From positions 807,024 through 871,023 of the forward strand of contig BFEA01000036.1 in assembly GCA_003427395.1 (NCBI GenBank): a stretch of DNA of 64,000 nt, written 5' to 3'. Below, piece by piece: positions 47,943 to 60,612 of this stretch. This DNA comes from Chara braunii (Eukaryota > Plantae > Charophyceae). The translations under genes and the position numbers were made by a program. Numbering within the stretch: position 1 is the first letter of the stretch; each line of letters opens with the position of its first letter. Below the pieces are notes generated by a model, which saw only the letters and a list, made by a program, of their open reading frames with translations, was not told the origin of the DNA and searched no databases.

Positions 47943-50589
47943 TGCCTTATGTAAGCTGGGTATAAAGGGAAGAATCATTGAAAGACTATGAATTATTGTT
48001 TAACAAGGTTGATTTTGGGTTGGTGAGAGTACTTACCCTTGTGGTTTGGCCTTGCATATGGCTGAGAGAGATCACTACTTAGTCTGAGTTCCAGTTTGGA
48101 CAGGTGGTTGTTTTAGTTGCTCGCTACGTGCTAGAGCGATAAGAGTTAGTTCAATTTCTGCATTTTCTTAGATAACTTTCTTTTACTTAGGTCAATTCTC
48201 GCATTTTCTGGGATCATTTTTTATACTTGACTTCGTATAAATCTTGGTAAGCTACTTTCTCTACGGGAAGCGCTGCCGAAATTTCTGCAAATCCAAGGAG
48301 TTAGTCAAATTTTGACTTCTCAAAAGTTCAGTTTATCTAAATTTTATACATGACTTAGTAAAAATCTGGGAAGTCTCCTTTTATAAAGAGAGTGCTGCCC
48401 AAATTTTTACTAATTTAAAGAGTTAAACAAAAATTTGGACCTTGAGAAGTCAAAGTTATTTTAGGTTTTGAACTTAGTTTTGTACGAATCAGGGAAGTCT
48501 CATTTTCTAAAGGGAGTGTTGTCCAAATTTTTACAAATTCAGGGAGGTAAACAAAATTTGACTTTCCAAGAGTTGAAGAATATGTCAGTCTTTATATTCG
48601 AGCAAGTATAAATTTTGAAAAGACATTTTTCCTACGGGAAACGCTGCCGAAATTTTCCTAGTTTAAAAGAGATAGGTTATATTTTGACAGGTGACGATTC
48701 TGGTGATCCACTCTGTATAGAGGAGATTTTGTCAAAAATCTACCTTTCCTTGGACACTTGCTTAGAAGTAGACTTAGCCTTAGTTAAGTAGAACGATTTT
48801 GAGCAAGATCGTGATATGGAGATTATTCTTCACCGACTTATAGATTTAGCTTGGGGATTGGCCTGACTTGTGTTACAGGTCCTCTTGATCGATTGATTCA
48901 GAATTTGGGCTAGATTCAACTTGATCCTACAAGGATCATCTTTTGTTATCACTGACAACAGGTCGGTTGCTGATTCGTCGGTTTACGACTCAACTCCACT
49001 CCAATCTCGCTACTCAACCTAAGGTTTTAGCCTTGTGGTTTGAATTGTTTCATTGTGTTTTTACCCGAACTTTATTGAATGGTCATTTAACAAAGGTACT
49101 AAGTATTTTATTGTTGGAAAGGTGCGCTAAGGTTGAGGTTTGCATGGCTAAAGCAAGGGGTGTGAGCGCAGAGGATTGTTGTAGTTGACTCCGCGTAGTG
49201 CATGAAATTTTAGTTGAATCTTTGATGTGATTGCAGGTATGTTTTGTGGTTCGGACTTTGATTTGACTGCATGCGATTACATACATATATATGGCTGAGA
49301 GGAGTTCCACTGTGATTATGAGAAGTGATCGTCACATATTTATAACCCTCTATATATATGTAAATACATATGCTTTGAGTGTTCGCGCGGCCTACTGTGA
49401 TCGTGCGTAATGGTTAAACAGATTATGATTTGAAAGAAAAGAGAGACCCTCTTTTGTCCTTTGTTTTTTTAAGTTTTTATATAGTTGGACGTTGTTGTCC
49501 GTGACAACCATCAAAGTCAAACCCTTTGATTTTTCTTCAGACCCCAGATGATGGAGTTGGTCTCTAGGGCGATAAGAGACGATTGTTACCATGTGTATGA
49601 ACCTGTGTACCACCCACTCTCCGCAGGGTGCAAAAGAGGGTGTGGTTCCCAACCACACTTGGCGGTTGTCTAGCATCGAGAGATTAACCCCTCAAGGCGC
49701 GTGTCAGCCGACACTTTAGTGTCAACGGGATCCTCGAGATTATCAAGGACCACGTGGTTATAAACACTACATAGTACGTCATCATTGTGACCACTTGCGT
49801 AAGCATACATTGCTAGTCGATGTGGGAAGATCATGCGTCCGCACCGTTTTATACTAAGTCTCGCGCGCGTCGCTTATCAGATTTTCCGTGTCAGAAGGTT
49901 ATGGGATGACTACAAAAGGGACTAGGAGTGTTGTTGTGTTGTTTGTTTTGTGTCGTTCCGTGTGTGTGAGTGTTGTGGTGTAACGCGTGGTAAGTGGGAT
50001 GCGTCCTAGTCGACCGACGACGAGTCACGCTTGGGACTTCAGCCCCCCAGTGCGTCAGTTCGCGTGTGGGTCCGATAGAGGCGTGAGACCACGTGTACCC
50101 TCTATGCTACAGCGAACGAGAAACGTCATCAGATGGTCCACCTTTGCGATTGCAACTGATTAACTTTCGTACTGTGGACTGGTAGCTTGACAGGGATATG
50201 CCTACCGAAGGGAGGTGACAACTCCCGTAAGGTCACGGTGGAGGTAAGTCGTGCCTCTCGTTGATCCTATCCTGTCGTAGAGGCTCGCAAGAGGTATGGC
50301 TGGCGCACTCGGCTGGAGCGGCTTGCAGAAGCTCCATGTGCATTCCCGACGAGGTAGACTCAATTCTTCCTCGACGCGGCCAGGAGGGTCCCGCCCTGCG
50401 CGGTGCGGGACCAATGCGCTCGACATCGTAGCCTGGTTACCGCTCCTTTGCGTAGTGTGCAGAAGAAGGTAGGACACACAAACGCATTTGTGGTTATCTA
50501 ACGTTAGGGGAATAACCCCTGAAGACGTGTGTCAACTGACATCTAAGTGTGGAATGTGATCCCACATTTTAGAATGGTACACGATTTGG

Positions 50590-53500
50590 AGTTGTTGCTG
50601 TTACAAACTAGGTTTCGTTTTGCTGTTGCTGATGTTGGATGACAGGTTACCACTGATACGTCTCGTTTTTGTTGCTGCTTTAAATAGCTATCATTGATGG
50701 CTTGTTGCGGGTTGGGTCAGTTGTTACTGTAAACTATGGTGCTGCCACATGATGTTTTAGGTGGAGTTGATGTTATTTTCAACAGGTATGGGTTGCTGAC
50801 TACTGTTGAATAGAAGATATTTGCAACAATAATTTCCTGCTGCAACCGTGACCAATTGGGTGGATGAACTTCGACTCCAAACCACAGACTTCATCGACTA
50901 CCATTAGAGTTAAAGGCATGTGATGGATGTGCTCATCGTTGAGGCAACTATGTTTTGCTGACATCAATAACTGGTCGTCATCGTAGGACTCTCTAGACAG
51001 GAAGACAACAAGGCCCTCTCCACGCGAGTTTGAAGTGACCGCTCTGAAACCTTGAGATCCTAAACAAACTTTTGCTCTTGTTTACATGAAAGTTTTGAAT
51101 GAGTCCGAAGGTGATGCCGTATCGACTGATCCAGACACTTTGCTCTTGTTTGCCTGATAGGTTGAAATGGTTATGGGCGTAATGTCATATCGACTGATCC
51201 AGACGCTTTGCAATCGTTTGCTTAAAATGGTTTGAATAAGCTCGAACATGATGTCGTATCGAATGAGTTGGGCATTTTGTTAAGTCACTCAGTTTGCTTG
51301 TTGTTGAGAGTCGGACTCTTCTCCTTAACTAAGAAATAAGATACAAGACTCCTGTTAAAATTAAATTGAGGGGTTTTATATGAACAAAGCAGAAGATAAA
51401 AATTCTGGTTGAACGAACTATTGGTTTACAATGACTGAATAAGTTGTTGTTCACATGACATGCTTGCCGACAATGCCTTGTTTCTTGTTCACAACTCTGT
51501 CTGTTTTTTTGTTTGGTAGGGTAGTTTGTTAGTGCTCGTTTTGTGTTTGTCAATGAGTATTAAAGAAGTAGTTATTTACTTTTGTTTTTGCGTTGTCTTT
51601 TCGCACATGGTCGCTTTGGTAAGATTTTGGCTAGCGTATTAGTTAGTAGAAATTATGAGAATCTTTTTTCTTTGGGGGAGGTGTTGCTGAAATTTATGCT
51701 GAGACTGTAAAGCTAGTCAAAATATTATGATGTTTTTTTGGGTTATAATCAATTTAGTCATTGCAGTTGGTAGAAATTATGAATGTCTTCCTTGCTAAGG
51801 AAAGTGTTGCCGAACTTTATACTAAAACCAATTAGTTAGTTTATTTTTAGATAGTCTATGAGCTTTGAATTTTTATTTTTATATTTTATCTAGTAAAATA
51901 TTATTTGAGCGCACTTTCGTAAAGGAAATGTTACTCTTAATTTCAGTTTATTTTTAGATAGTCTCATGGTTTTTAGTTTCTCTTTTTATATTTTTGTCTA
52001 GTAAATATTATTTGAGCACACTTTCGTAAAGGAAGTGTTACTCTTAATTTCATATCGTTACCGGGTGTTGTTGTTAAGTAGTTTATAATGCAATACGAAG
52101 TTGATCTATGTTAACTCCACAAACGGTATTTGCCTTGATTTTTGTGACACAGGTTACCGTTACCTGCGAGTTCTTTCAGAGTTTCTGGGCTTTATCAACT
52201 TCTGTTATCGAATTGATAACATATCGTTTTGCGATTCAACTCCTACCCACCATGATACCCATATCCAGATGTATGTGACCCCGTAGGCGAAATACATTTT
52301 CGTGTAAATGAAATTCTTACCCTTGGAACCTCTCTTGAATGGCTACTATGCAAAAGTTGTGTGAATTGAAACGGGTGGGTGTGCCTTTGTTGAGTGGGGA
52401 TTGGAAAGGGGTGTGAGGGACATGAATATGGGAACAAAGACATTGACCACGTTTGTGGCACTTGCGTGTGGATATCCGTTGGGCTTCATGTGTGTGCATA
52501 TATGTACAAGAGCGAGGTTTTGCTCCTGGATTGAGAATCTTATGGATGGATTAACGCGGCAAGTGAGATCCAACTGCGGTTATGAGAGTGACTCTTTCCA
52601 ATTTCCTTCGAGGTTTTCCCCTCCTTTTCCATTTTCACATTCTCTTGCCGCTCGCACCTAGCGAATAGGGCAAAAGTAGTTGAGCAAGAGGTTTAATGCT
52701 TGACTCTCGACCGGAATGAGACTCGGTTGGGGTACGACGTTTTGCTCGCTAAATCCGCGCCCACTTTTCTTATCTTTCTGCAAGAAAAAAACGAGCGGAC
52801 CCCATCTTAAAGGGTTTGTTTTGTGAATTATTGGTCGGATGTTGGTCCTGAACCTGAAAGTTGAAATCCTTGTCCATGACATTCCAGGTTCTTGTGCAGC
52901 ACAAAAATGTTTCCTCTATGTACCGGACTCTCACCTCTTACTCACCGTCACCCACTGCTAAAAAGTCAGGGGCAGCCCAAGGGTTGAACGACTTTGCCTT
53001 CAACAGTTCAATATCGTGAAAGAGGATTCCTTCACGAAATTTTTGGTTTCGACACTAGAGCGTCGTGTGCAACCTTGAAACCCATCATATGTCACACGAT
53101 TGTGGGTAACGCATGAAGCATCGCCATGATATCGGATCGAGTGAGCACACATGATTGAGTGTTATGGGCTCCGTCACAAGTGCATTCCTTTTATGCAACT
53201 GTGCATTGACCTCGCCAAACGAATTTCATGTCTTTTGAGTTATCGGTCAAAACGTTTGAAAAAAGGAAAACATATATGCATGTTTGAGTTAATCACGATA
53301 ATAATATTTTATTGCGTGGCGCGTGGTTAAACCACCAGTCCCCCGGACGTCAGAAACCTCGGGGGTACCGGTAGTCCCCCCGATGTCAGAAACCTCGGGG
53401 GTACCGGTAGTATAGAGTGGAAAACCGGTCGGGCCTGAAAAAATGGAATTTGCGAGAATGCATCAAATCGGCGCGGCGAATATTTGACGGTCAAAATTAT

Positions 53501-54120
53501 TTTATTTTTTTTCTGATACTTTTCCCTGAAAGATCACGACTTAATCTACGGACCCTCAAACTTTCAGACCTTTTGATGAATTTTTCTTAGCACAAAAATT
53601 TGGCAAAGTTGCCGCTTACAAATGGTGGGATTGGACTCGTCGGTAACGAACGGTGGTCGCTGCCCCTCCGTACAACCCGACCCTAGCAGACCAGGCCGAG
53701 GGGTTTCGACTGGCGGGGGAACTGGTGGTTTAAATTTGGATGTTTTAGTCGACCGGCACAGAACCTCACGTGGGAGATCAACGCCCTACACGTCGGTTCG
53801 CATGGGGGTCCGATCTAGGCGTAGATGACTCGTACCTCCTATGCGTATGAGAAACGTTCTTGGCTGAAACACCTTAAAGATTATATGTAAAAACTTCCGC
53901 ACAGGTTCAATGGTCGGTGGGGATACACCCCCCCAAGGGATGGTGACAGCTCCCCCAGGTGGAGGTAAGTTGTACCTTGTGAGACCCTATCTTGTCGTAG
54001 AGGCTCCATGGAGGTATAGCTGGCGTATTGGGTCGGCACGACTTTGCTGCTTCCCTTTATGCGATGCGACTCGAGAATCTACCGATCCTGTGTGACGCGC
54101 ACGGGATGGTCCCCTCGACA
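50590..54120 (+). mobile_element. 5'-truncated, strongly diverged family member ending CTCGACA|ACGC
   Basis: Retains GACAACAAGGCCCTCTCC…GCGAGT (~51005), a 3-unit hairpin array (51110-51275), GGAAGTGTTGCCGAA-type repeats, the TGTTATC…GATAACA palindrome (52203-52221) and the 3' block. Confidence 0.75.
53331..53729. mobile_element. 399-bp non-autonomous TIR element (MITE) with TTAA target duplication
   Basis: TTAA|ACCACCAGTCCCCC … GGGGGAACTGGTGGT|TTAA. Excision restores the family consensus GCGTGG…TAGTCGACC. Contains a ~37-bp internal tandem duplication. Confidence 0.8.
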
Positions 54121-54839
54121 ACGCCTAAAAACGCGGTACGTACTAGTGGTGTAAGGGGATGCATGTTGGCCCCCACCTTGATTCACAATGGTGAAGTAGT
54201 AAGGTGGGGGCGCTGGTCGGGGGGGCAGGTAAGTAGCTGCACCTCCCATCTACTTCCCCGGACCCTGTCGAGTAACAGCGGTGTCTATGGTCATCACTCT
54301 CCCACACACCAGACACAATCCCCCACCCCACCCCCACACACACTAGTGATGGCCAAAGTGTTCTCCCATACATCAGACAACCCACACACACACACACATC
54401 GGTGATGGCCCAAAACCCTATTCGCAACCCTATTTGTAAGGCTATGGTCTAGTGGGGTTCGACGTCTGTGTCAAGGTGTCCCATTTTCGGCGGCAGGTGA
54501 CCAGGACGCAAAGTGGGTTGTTAGGGGGGGGGGAAAATTGTGGGGACCGGTCCTTGACGAAATTGCGGACTACCTACAACTAGCTTGGGTAGAACCGGAA
54601 CTTTTGGAAAAAGGAAGGACCGGTCCTCGGGTGGAAGTGGACCCCCAAAAAAAGTGGGGGGCGTTGGACTGGTCCTCGAGTAGAAGCGGACCCCCAAAAG
54701 AAGTGAGGGCATGTGAACTGCAAGAGGGCCCTCAGGCCCATGCGTTGAGGCCCGTCTTCTCAAAATAGGGAGGTCAGGCACAACGAAATAAACATTTTGC
54801 AAGATGCAAACTTGACGATTTTTTGTGCTCGGACGAACC

Positions 54840-55180
54840 TGCAAAAAAATCTGAAATTTTGAGAATCCATAGACGAGGTCGTGTTCTTTCCATATTATAA
54901 CATTTTCAAAAAATCATTTAGACTGCGAAATAATTGTCGCGTCGATTCGGCACATTTTCCATTTTTGCCACTCAGCCATGTGTAGGCCAACTAAAAAAGT
55001 ACTCCGAATTCAGTGAGTTTTCGCGCTCAGAAGAATGCGTGAAAAAAAACTGAAAATTGGAGTACTCGTAGAATTTGTTGTGATCTTTCCAGGAAAAACG
55101 CTCAATAAATTAAAAAAAATAATTCCAACTGTGAAATAGATCGTGGCCGCAATTTGACCCATATTTCAATTTTGCCATTC
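54840..55180. repeat. Two ~200-bp subterminal-type repeats, homologous (inverted) to the MITE interior 53440-53600
   Basis: CTGAAA…GAG…CGTAGA…TCGTGATCTTTC…AAAAAATAATT…TCGCG…GATTTG shared in opposite orientation. Confidence 0.65.
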
Positions 55181-55182
55181 AA

Positions 55183-55230
<48 letters not shown>

Positions 55231-55249
55231 ATATCAACAAACGGAACAA

Positions 55250-55288
<39 letters not shown>

Positions 55289-55307
55289 ATATCAACAAAT
55301 GGAACAA

Positions 55308-55358
<51 letters not shown>

Positions 55359-55931
55359 GTAGTCCCCCCCCCCTCCCTCTCTCTNNNNNNNNNNNNNNNN
55401 NNNNNNNNNNNNNNNNNNNNNNNNNNNNNNNNNNNNNNNNNNNNNNNNNNNNNNNNNNNNNNNNNNNNNNNNNNNNNNNNNNNNNNNNNNNNNNNNNNNN
55501 NNNNNNNNNNNNNNNNNNNNNNNNNNNNNNNNNNNNNNNNNNNNNNNNNNNNNNNNNNNNNNNNNNNNNNNNNNNNNNNNNNNNNNNNNNNNNNNNNNNN
55601 NNNNNNNNNNNNNNNNNNNNNNNNNNNNNNNNNNNNNNNNNNNNNNNNNNNNNNNNNNNNNNNNNNNNNNNNNNNNNNNNNNNNNNNNNNNNNNNNNNNN
55701 NNNNNNNNNNNNNNNNNNNNNNNNNNNNNNNNNNNNNNNNNNNNNNNNNNNNNNNNNNNNNNNNNNNNNNNNNNNNNNNNNNNNNNNNNNNNNNNNNNNN
55801 NNNNNNNNNNNNNNNNNNNNNNNNNNNNNNNNNNNNNNNNNNNNNNNNNNNNNNNNNNNNNNNNNNNNNNNNNNNNNNNNNNNNNNNNNNNNNNNNNNNN
55901 NNNNNNNNNNNNNNNNNNNNNNNNNNNNNNN

Positions 55932-56154
55932 NTTTTTTTTTTTTTTTTTTTTTTTTTTAGTCTCATTGCTTTGGCTACCTTAGGGCTGCATTCCCCGCGC
56001 CCACGCGCGGTAGACAATCAATATGGAACGGGGGGGGCAAGCCAACTATCTCAATTGCTTGGTAGCAAGAGTGCCGCTGGTGGTCAGTGGGGATTGAACC
56101 CACGACCTCGTGGATGCCTCTTGCGTGCCTAAGGTCCAACTGAGCTGGGCCGCT
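55932..56154 (-). mobile_element. tRNA-derived SINE with poly-A tail
   Basis: Minus strand AGCGGCCCAGCTCAGTTGG (A-box) … GTGGGTTCAATCCCCAC (T-arm/B-box) TGACCACCA, then a ~120-nt body and an A-tail (T-run 55932-55958) abutting a gap. Confidence 0.8.
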
Positions 56155-58473
56155 TGCTCAGAGTTCTCCTCCAGAGTTGTGTTTTGCCACAAGTTGAGGT
56201 ACAACCAGAGTTTTCCTTCAAGTCGTACTTCGCAAGTGTCATGCTGAGGGCTTGACGATTCAGTGCGGTGGCCAATGGCGTAGGGGGGAAAATGTATGCT
56301 ACCGGTAGAGGTGAGGGTCTCGTTGGCCGTCTGGCCCTTCCCAGTTCTTTTCTTTTTATTTCCCCCCCTTCCACCGGGCCCCCTCTGCCTTCTTTTTGTC
56401 CACGTGTCTCGTCGTTCTGCTGTGTTTTGCCTTTGTTTGCCGCGACCTCCACGCGAAACAAACATGGCCGGCTGCGGAAAAGACGGGAAAAAGCAGGTCG
56501 TGCTTGACACTTGGTGATGCAGCGCTGCAATGCAACGCACGCAATCAAGCCGTCTTTGTGTGGTGCGTGGGGGACCGGTTGTGCGCGGGGAAGGTGGTCT
56601 GGTGTTTTAGCGGCTTTGGCGCGTTGCTGGTGACTTGCGGCGGTGGCGGTGCAGCTGCGCGCGCTCCACGGCCAGAGGAGACGAGTGGGAGTGGGCTGAG
56701 GGGGACGGGAAGGGGCGTGCGCGCGGGCGTCGGTGCGCGTGGGCGTGCGGGTGCGGGTGCGCGTTTGCTTGCGTGTGGGAAGTGGAACAGGAAGCGGCGA
56801 CAGCAGCGCGGGACGATCTGGCTGAATCCACGCGAAAACTTGAGCGAGACTGTGAGAGTGATAGTGAAAGTGAAAGTGACAACCTCAGCCGGGTGGAAGG
56901 GCGTTTTGCTGCTGCAATTGGTGGGGTGGAGTGGTGACTTGGCATCGGCTTTACCGATTTGACACGATCGCGGGTCGTCGATCATTCGGACAGCTGATCG
57001 CCTGTCTGTCTACGTGGAACAGCTTTGTACCCTCTTTTTGTCTTGTAGCGCCCCTGCACTCACATTCCCTGAATAAGTAATCAGCGTCTGGCGCCAGCCA
57101 AAGCAAACGCGCAGACTGTGTTTGAAACCTCAACTAGCATAGCATTATTTTTGCTAGTATTATTTACTCTACTACTACTACTTATCCAGTAGCGTGTGCA
57201 ATAGTGAATAGCCAAATAGCCAAAAAGAAGTAGTGGACGCTTCACTGGGTCCGACGTCAGCCGCGCTCGGCTTCTCCTCTATTCCCTCCTCCAACGCCAT
57301 CGGGGCTGTTCCATACTCATCTTCTCTTGCGCCTGGTTTCCTCACTCCCGCACATATCGTGTGGCTGACGTCGGCGCCATCTCTACCTTTCTCCTCGATC
57401 TCCATCTCCTTACCGAATTTGTATCGTATCCCCTCGCCCCTGACTTCTTTCGTCCTTTTATCTGTCCATTGGGTGACTGCAAAGCTTGTCTCTGCAAGTC
57501 GATCTTCTTTGTGCACTTGCGCGGGCATGACACGTGATGGTCCGTGTGCGCGCGCGATCCTCCTCTGGCGCGGTGGCGGGTTTTCTCACTCGGGAGTCCC
57601 TTGTGCTGTTTTAGGGATTACTACCTGGGGCTGGGGCGCGGGCTGGAAGGAGAAGGAGGCGCATGCCGTGGGATGTGGTAGTATCGTCCTGGAGCTGATT
57701 GATTGATTGATTGATTGGTGTGCGTGGGCGGACGAGATCGCACCGTTGGCGGCCTGCGGCAGGAGTTGACAGTGCATTATTCCACGTAACTCATGCGTAG
57801 ACTCGATGCGGAAGGAGCATGCGGGAGAAGGACGAGGTTTACACTGAGGGAACAGGTTGGCAGGAAAGCCGGGGACCGAACGCCTACTGGTTCCCTACTG
57901 GTTCCCTGAGAGGAGGAGAGGTTTGCGCTCGTGTCGACAAGGTGCTGGCGTGACCTTTCCACTCCCAAGAGAGCGGGAAGAGGTGAGGTTACCTGGGGGA
58001 AAGTGAAGAGGAAGGAGTGTAGTGTTGCGCTGGAACTAGCGGGTGGAAGAGGGAGGGAAGGAAGGGAGTGGCGGAAGTTGCGCTGATTGACGACGACGGG
58101 GACGAGTTGGGGAGGGGGGGAAGGGAAGGACGACTTGGCTTCTAGGGAGGTTCGAGGGGTGTGGCGCGATCAGGAAGGCCACGGGGTAGGAAAGATTGCG
58201 TAGTTAGTATCCGCGTGCGTATGCTTGGGGTGAAGGTTTCATGACGCAGGGTCATCTATGGTGGTGAGCATGCTTTGGTGGGCAGTTTCTTCGCGCGTTG
58301 CCTGCTTCAAGGTGTAAGGAGAATGCACTCAAGGAGTGTGTCCGGGCTCTTGCATTGTCTTCTCGTGGTTCTTTTCTATTCTTTTGCGGACGGTCGACCA
58401 TTTCAAGATCGAATTCTTGGAGAATCAGATTGGCCTTCACAGGTGAGCAGAAGCCGCTGCACAGAGCCACCCG

Positions 58474-58559
<86 letters not shown>

Positions 58560-58699
58560 TTTTTGTCCTCGTATTCTTCGTTGGACCATCATCAGGAGTT
58601 CGTGTTTGATCGCAGCGAATTTACGCGCAAAGCACTTTCTTCCTCTTCTTGTTCGCCCATCGTCATATCGTTTCTATCTTTCGCCGATCCGAACTAGGA

Positions 58700-59800
58700 A
58701 ATAAAGACAGCAATCCGCTGAATCTGTGTGGCTAAATCCGCACTCCCCCGCTCCCAGGTGGTGCTTTAGTTGTCGTTGCGCGGTCATAAACATCCGCAGG
58801 TGAACGAGCGGAAGAAGCCGCAATCCAATTTCTTAATCTTGTTGAATCATAATCCCATTACTTGGCGTTCTTAATCTTGTTTTCCATGCGCTGCGCAGTG
58901 CGCCTGCTTCTTGTCACACTATCATCACGATACAGCGTTACCCTATCATCTCCTTACGCTGTGGAGGTTCTTGCTGTCGTTAACCCTGTCATCATCACGA
59001 CTTCGCTGTTCTTTTCTTTTCTCTTCCTTACGCTGATCGCAACAAGCGAATGGTCTCAGCAATCCGCCGAATATCAAGTGCGCATACTCGCTCCCACCTT
59101 CCTGGCCTTTTCATGTTGCGCGTTCTTCTTCAACGACGACAACGAATGGTCTCAGCAATCCGACCGAATCTCAAGTGCGCATACTCGCTCCCACCTTCCT
59201 GACCTTTTCATGTTTTCATGCTGACATTACGGTTAGATACATCTTTGTTTGTACTGAAAAATACCTTCAACGACGACCAGCAATCCGCTGAATCTCAAGT
59301 GCGCGTTCTTCTTCTTGTTGCACTGTCATCATCGCGAGTTCGCGTTCTTCTTTTTTCTGGCCCTGGTCCCAACGAATGCGTACCCAGAGCAATCCCTTAA
59401 TTCTCTCAGTGCATATTCACTCTTCCACTTTCCTAACCAATCACGACTTCGCTGCTCGTACTTCTTCCTTGAGCTGATCGTAACAAGCGAAAGCTCTCAG
59501 CAATCCGCTGAATGTCAATTGCATACTCGTTCCCACCTTCCTGGCTGTTTCATGCCGCCACTACACGGTCAGAAGTCTTTTTGTTGAACTGAACGATCCT
59601 TCAGCAGAGATGACCACCAATCCCGCTGAATCTGAAGTGCGCGTTCTTCTGTGTGTTGCACTGTAATCATCACGAGTTCGCTCTTCTTTCTCCTGACGCT
59701 GGTCCCAAGGAATGGGTACCCAGAGCAATCCCTTAAATCTCTCAGTGCATATTCACTCTCCCACTTTCCTGACCAAATCTCGTCTTTTGTCTCGAGATCT
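58700..59800. repeat. Degenerate satellite (CAGCAATCCGCTGAATCTCAAGTGCGC units)
   Basis: Motif recurs near 58710, 59057, 59153, 59278, 59497 and 59618, with alternating subunits. Confidence 0.7.
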
Positions 59801-59879
59801 GTGACATCCACTAAATGGAATTGTCTTGAGGTGTACGAGAATCAGGCTAGGCTATTAAGCTGTGGACGTTGTGGATGGG

Positions 59880-60612
59880 ATTGTCGCGAGATTCATCCAG
59901 GTCTGGCTGAATTTTTTTTTTTTTTATAATTATAACTGGCTGAATTTGCAGTCAGATATAGTTAGGAAAGTGACAAGTGTGAGTGTGCCTCTGAGAGAGG
60001 CACTGCGTCCAGCCGTCAAATTGAATTGAGAAAAGTCCGTCACGAGTGGATTCCTCACTTAGAAGCGCTTTTTTTTCTTAATCTTTAGACGGGATTGCCA
60101 CCAGATTCATCCAGGTCCGGCGGTAATTGCAGTCAGATACATTGAGGGAAATGCTAGTGCGAATATGTCCTGAGAGAGGCACTGCGTCCAGACGTCAGAT
60201 TGAATTGAGAAAAGTCCGTCACGAGTGGATTCCTCACTTAGAAGCGCTTTTTTTAGCGCTTTTTTTTCTTAATCTTTAGACGGGATTGCCACCAGATTCA
60301 TCCAGGTCCGGCTGTAATTGCAGTCAGATACATTTAGGGAAATGCTAGTGCGAATACGTCCTGAGAGAGGCACTGCGTCCAGACGTCAGATTGAATTGAG
60401 AAAAGTCCGTCACGAGTGGATTCCTCACTGAGAAGCGCTTTTTTTTAAAATTAATGTTTAGACGGGATTGCCACCAGATTCATCCAGGTCCGGCTGTAAT
60501 TGCAGTCAGATACACTTAGGGAAATGCTAGTGCGAATATGTCCTGAGAGAGGCACTGCGTTTTGACGTCGGAGTGAATTGAACATAGCCCGTAACGATTG
60601 GATTCCTCACTT
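59880..60612. repeat. ~185-bp tandem satellite (about 4 units)
   Basis: GATTCATCCAGGTC…CTGAGAGAGGCACTGCGTCC…GGATTCCTCACT units start near 59890, 60104, 60295 and 60477. Confidence 0.9.

Larger units (their letters stand above)
42602..50425 (+). mobile_element. Giant non-coding TGTCG...CGACA element, copy C (7824 bp)
   Basis: Same termini and internal blocks. TSD TCAT/TCGT (CpG decay on the left copy). Confidence 0.9.

Noticed and set aside
56160-58300. Possible host gene exons on the minus strand (e.g. ORF 57178-57528)
   Set aside because: No recognisable domain and no convincing exon chain. A homology search would be needed.
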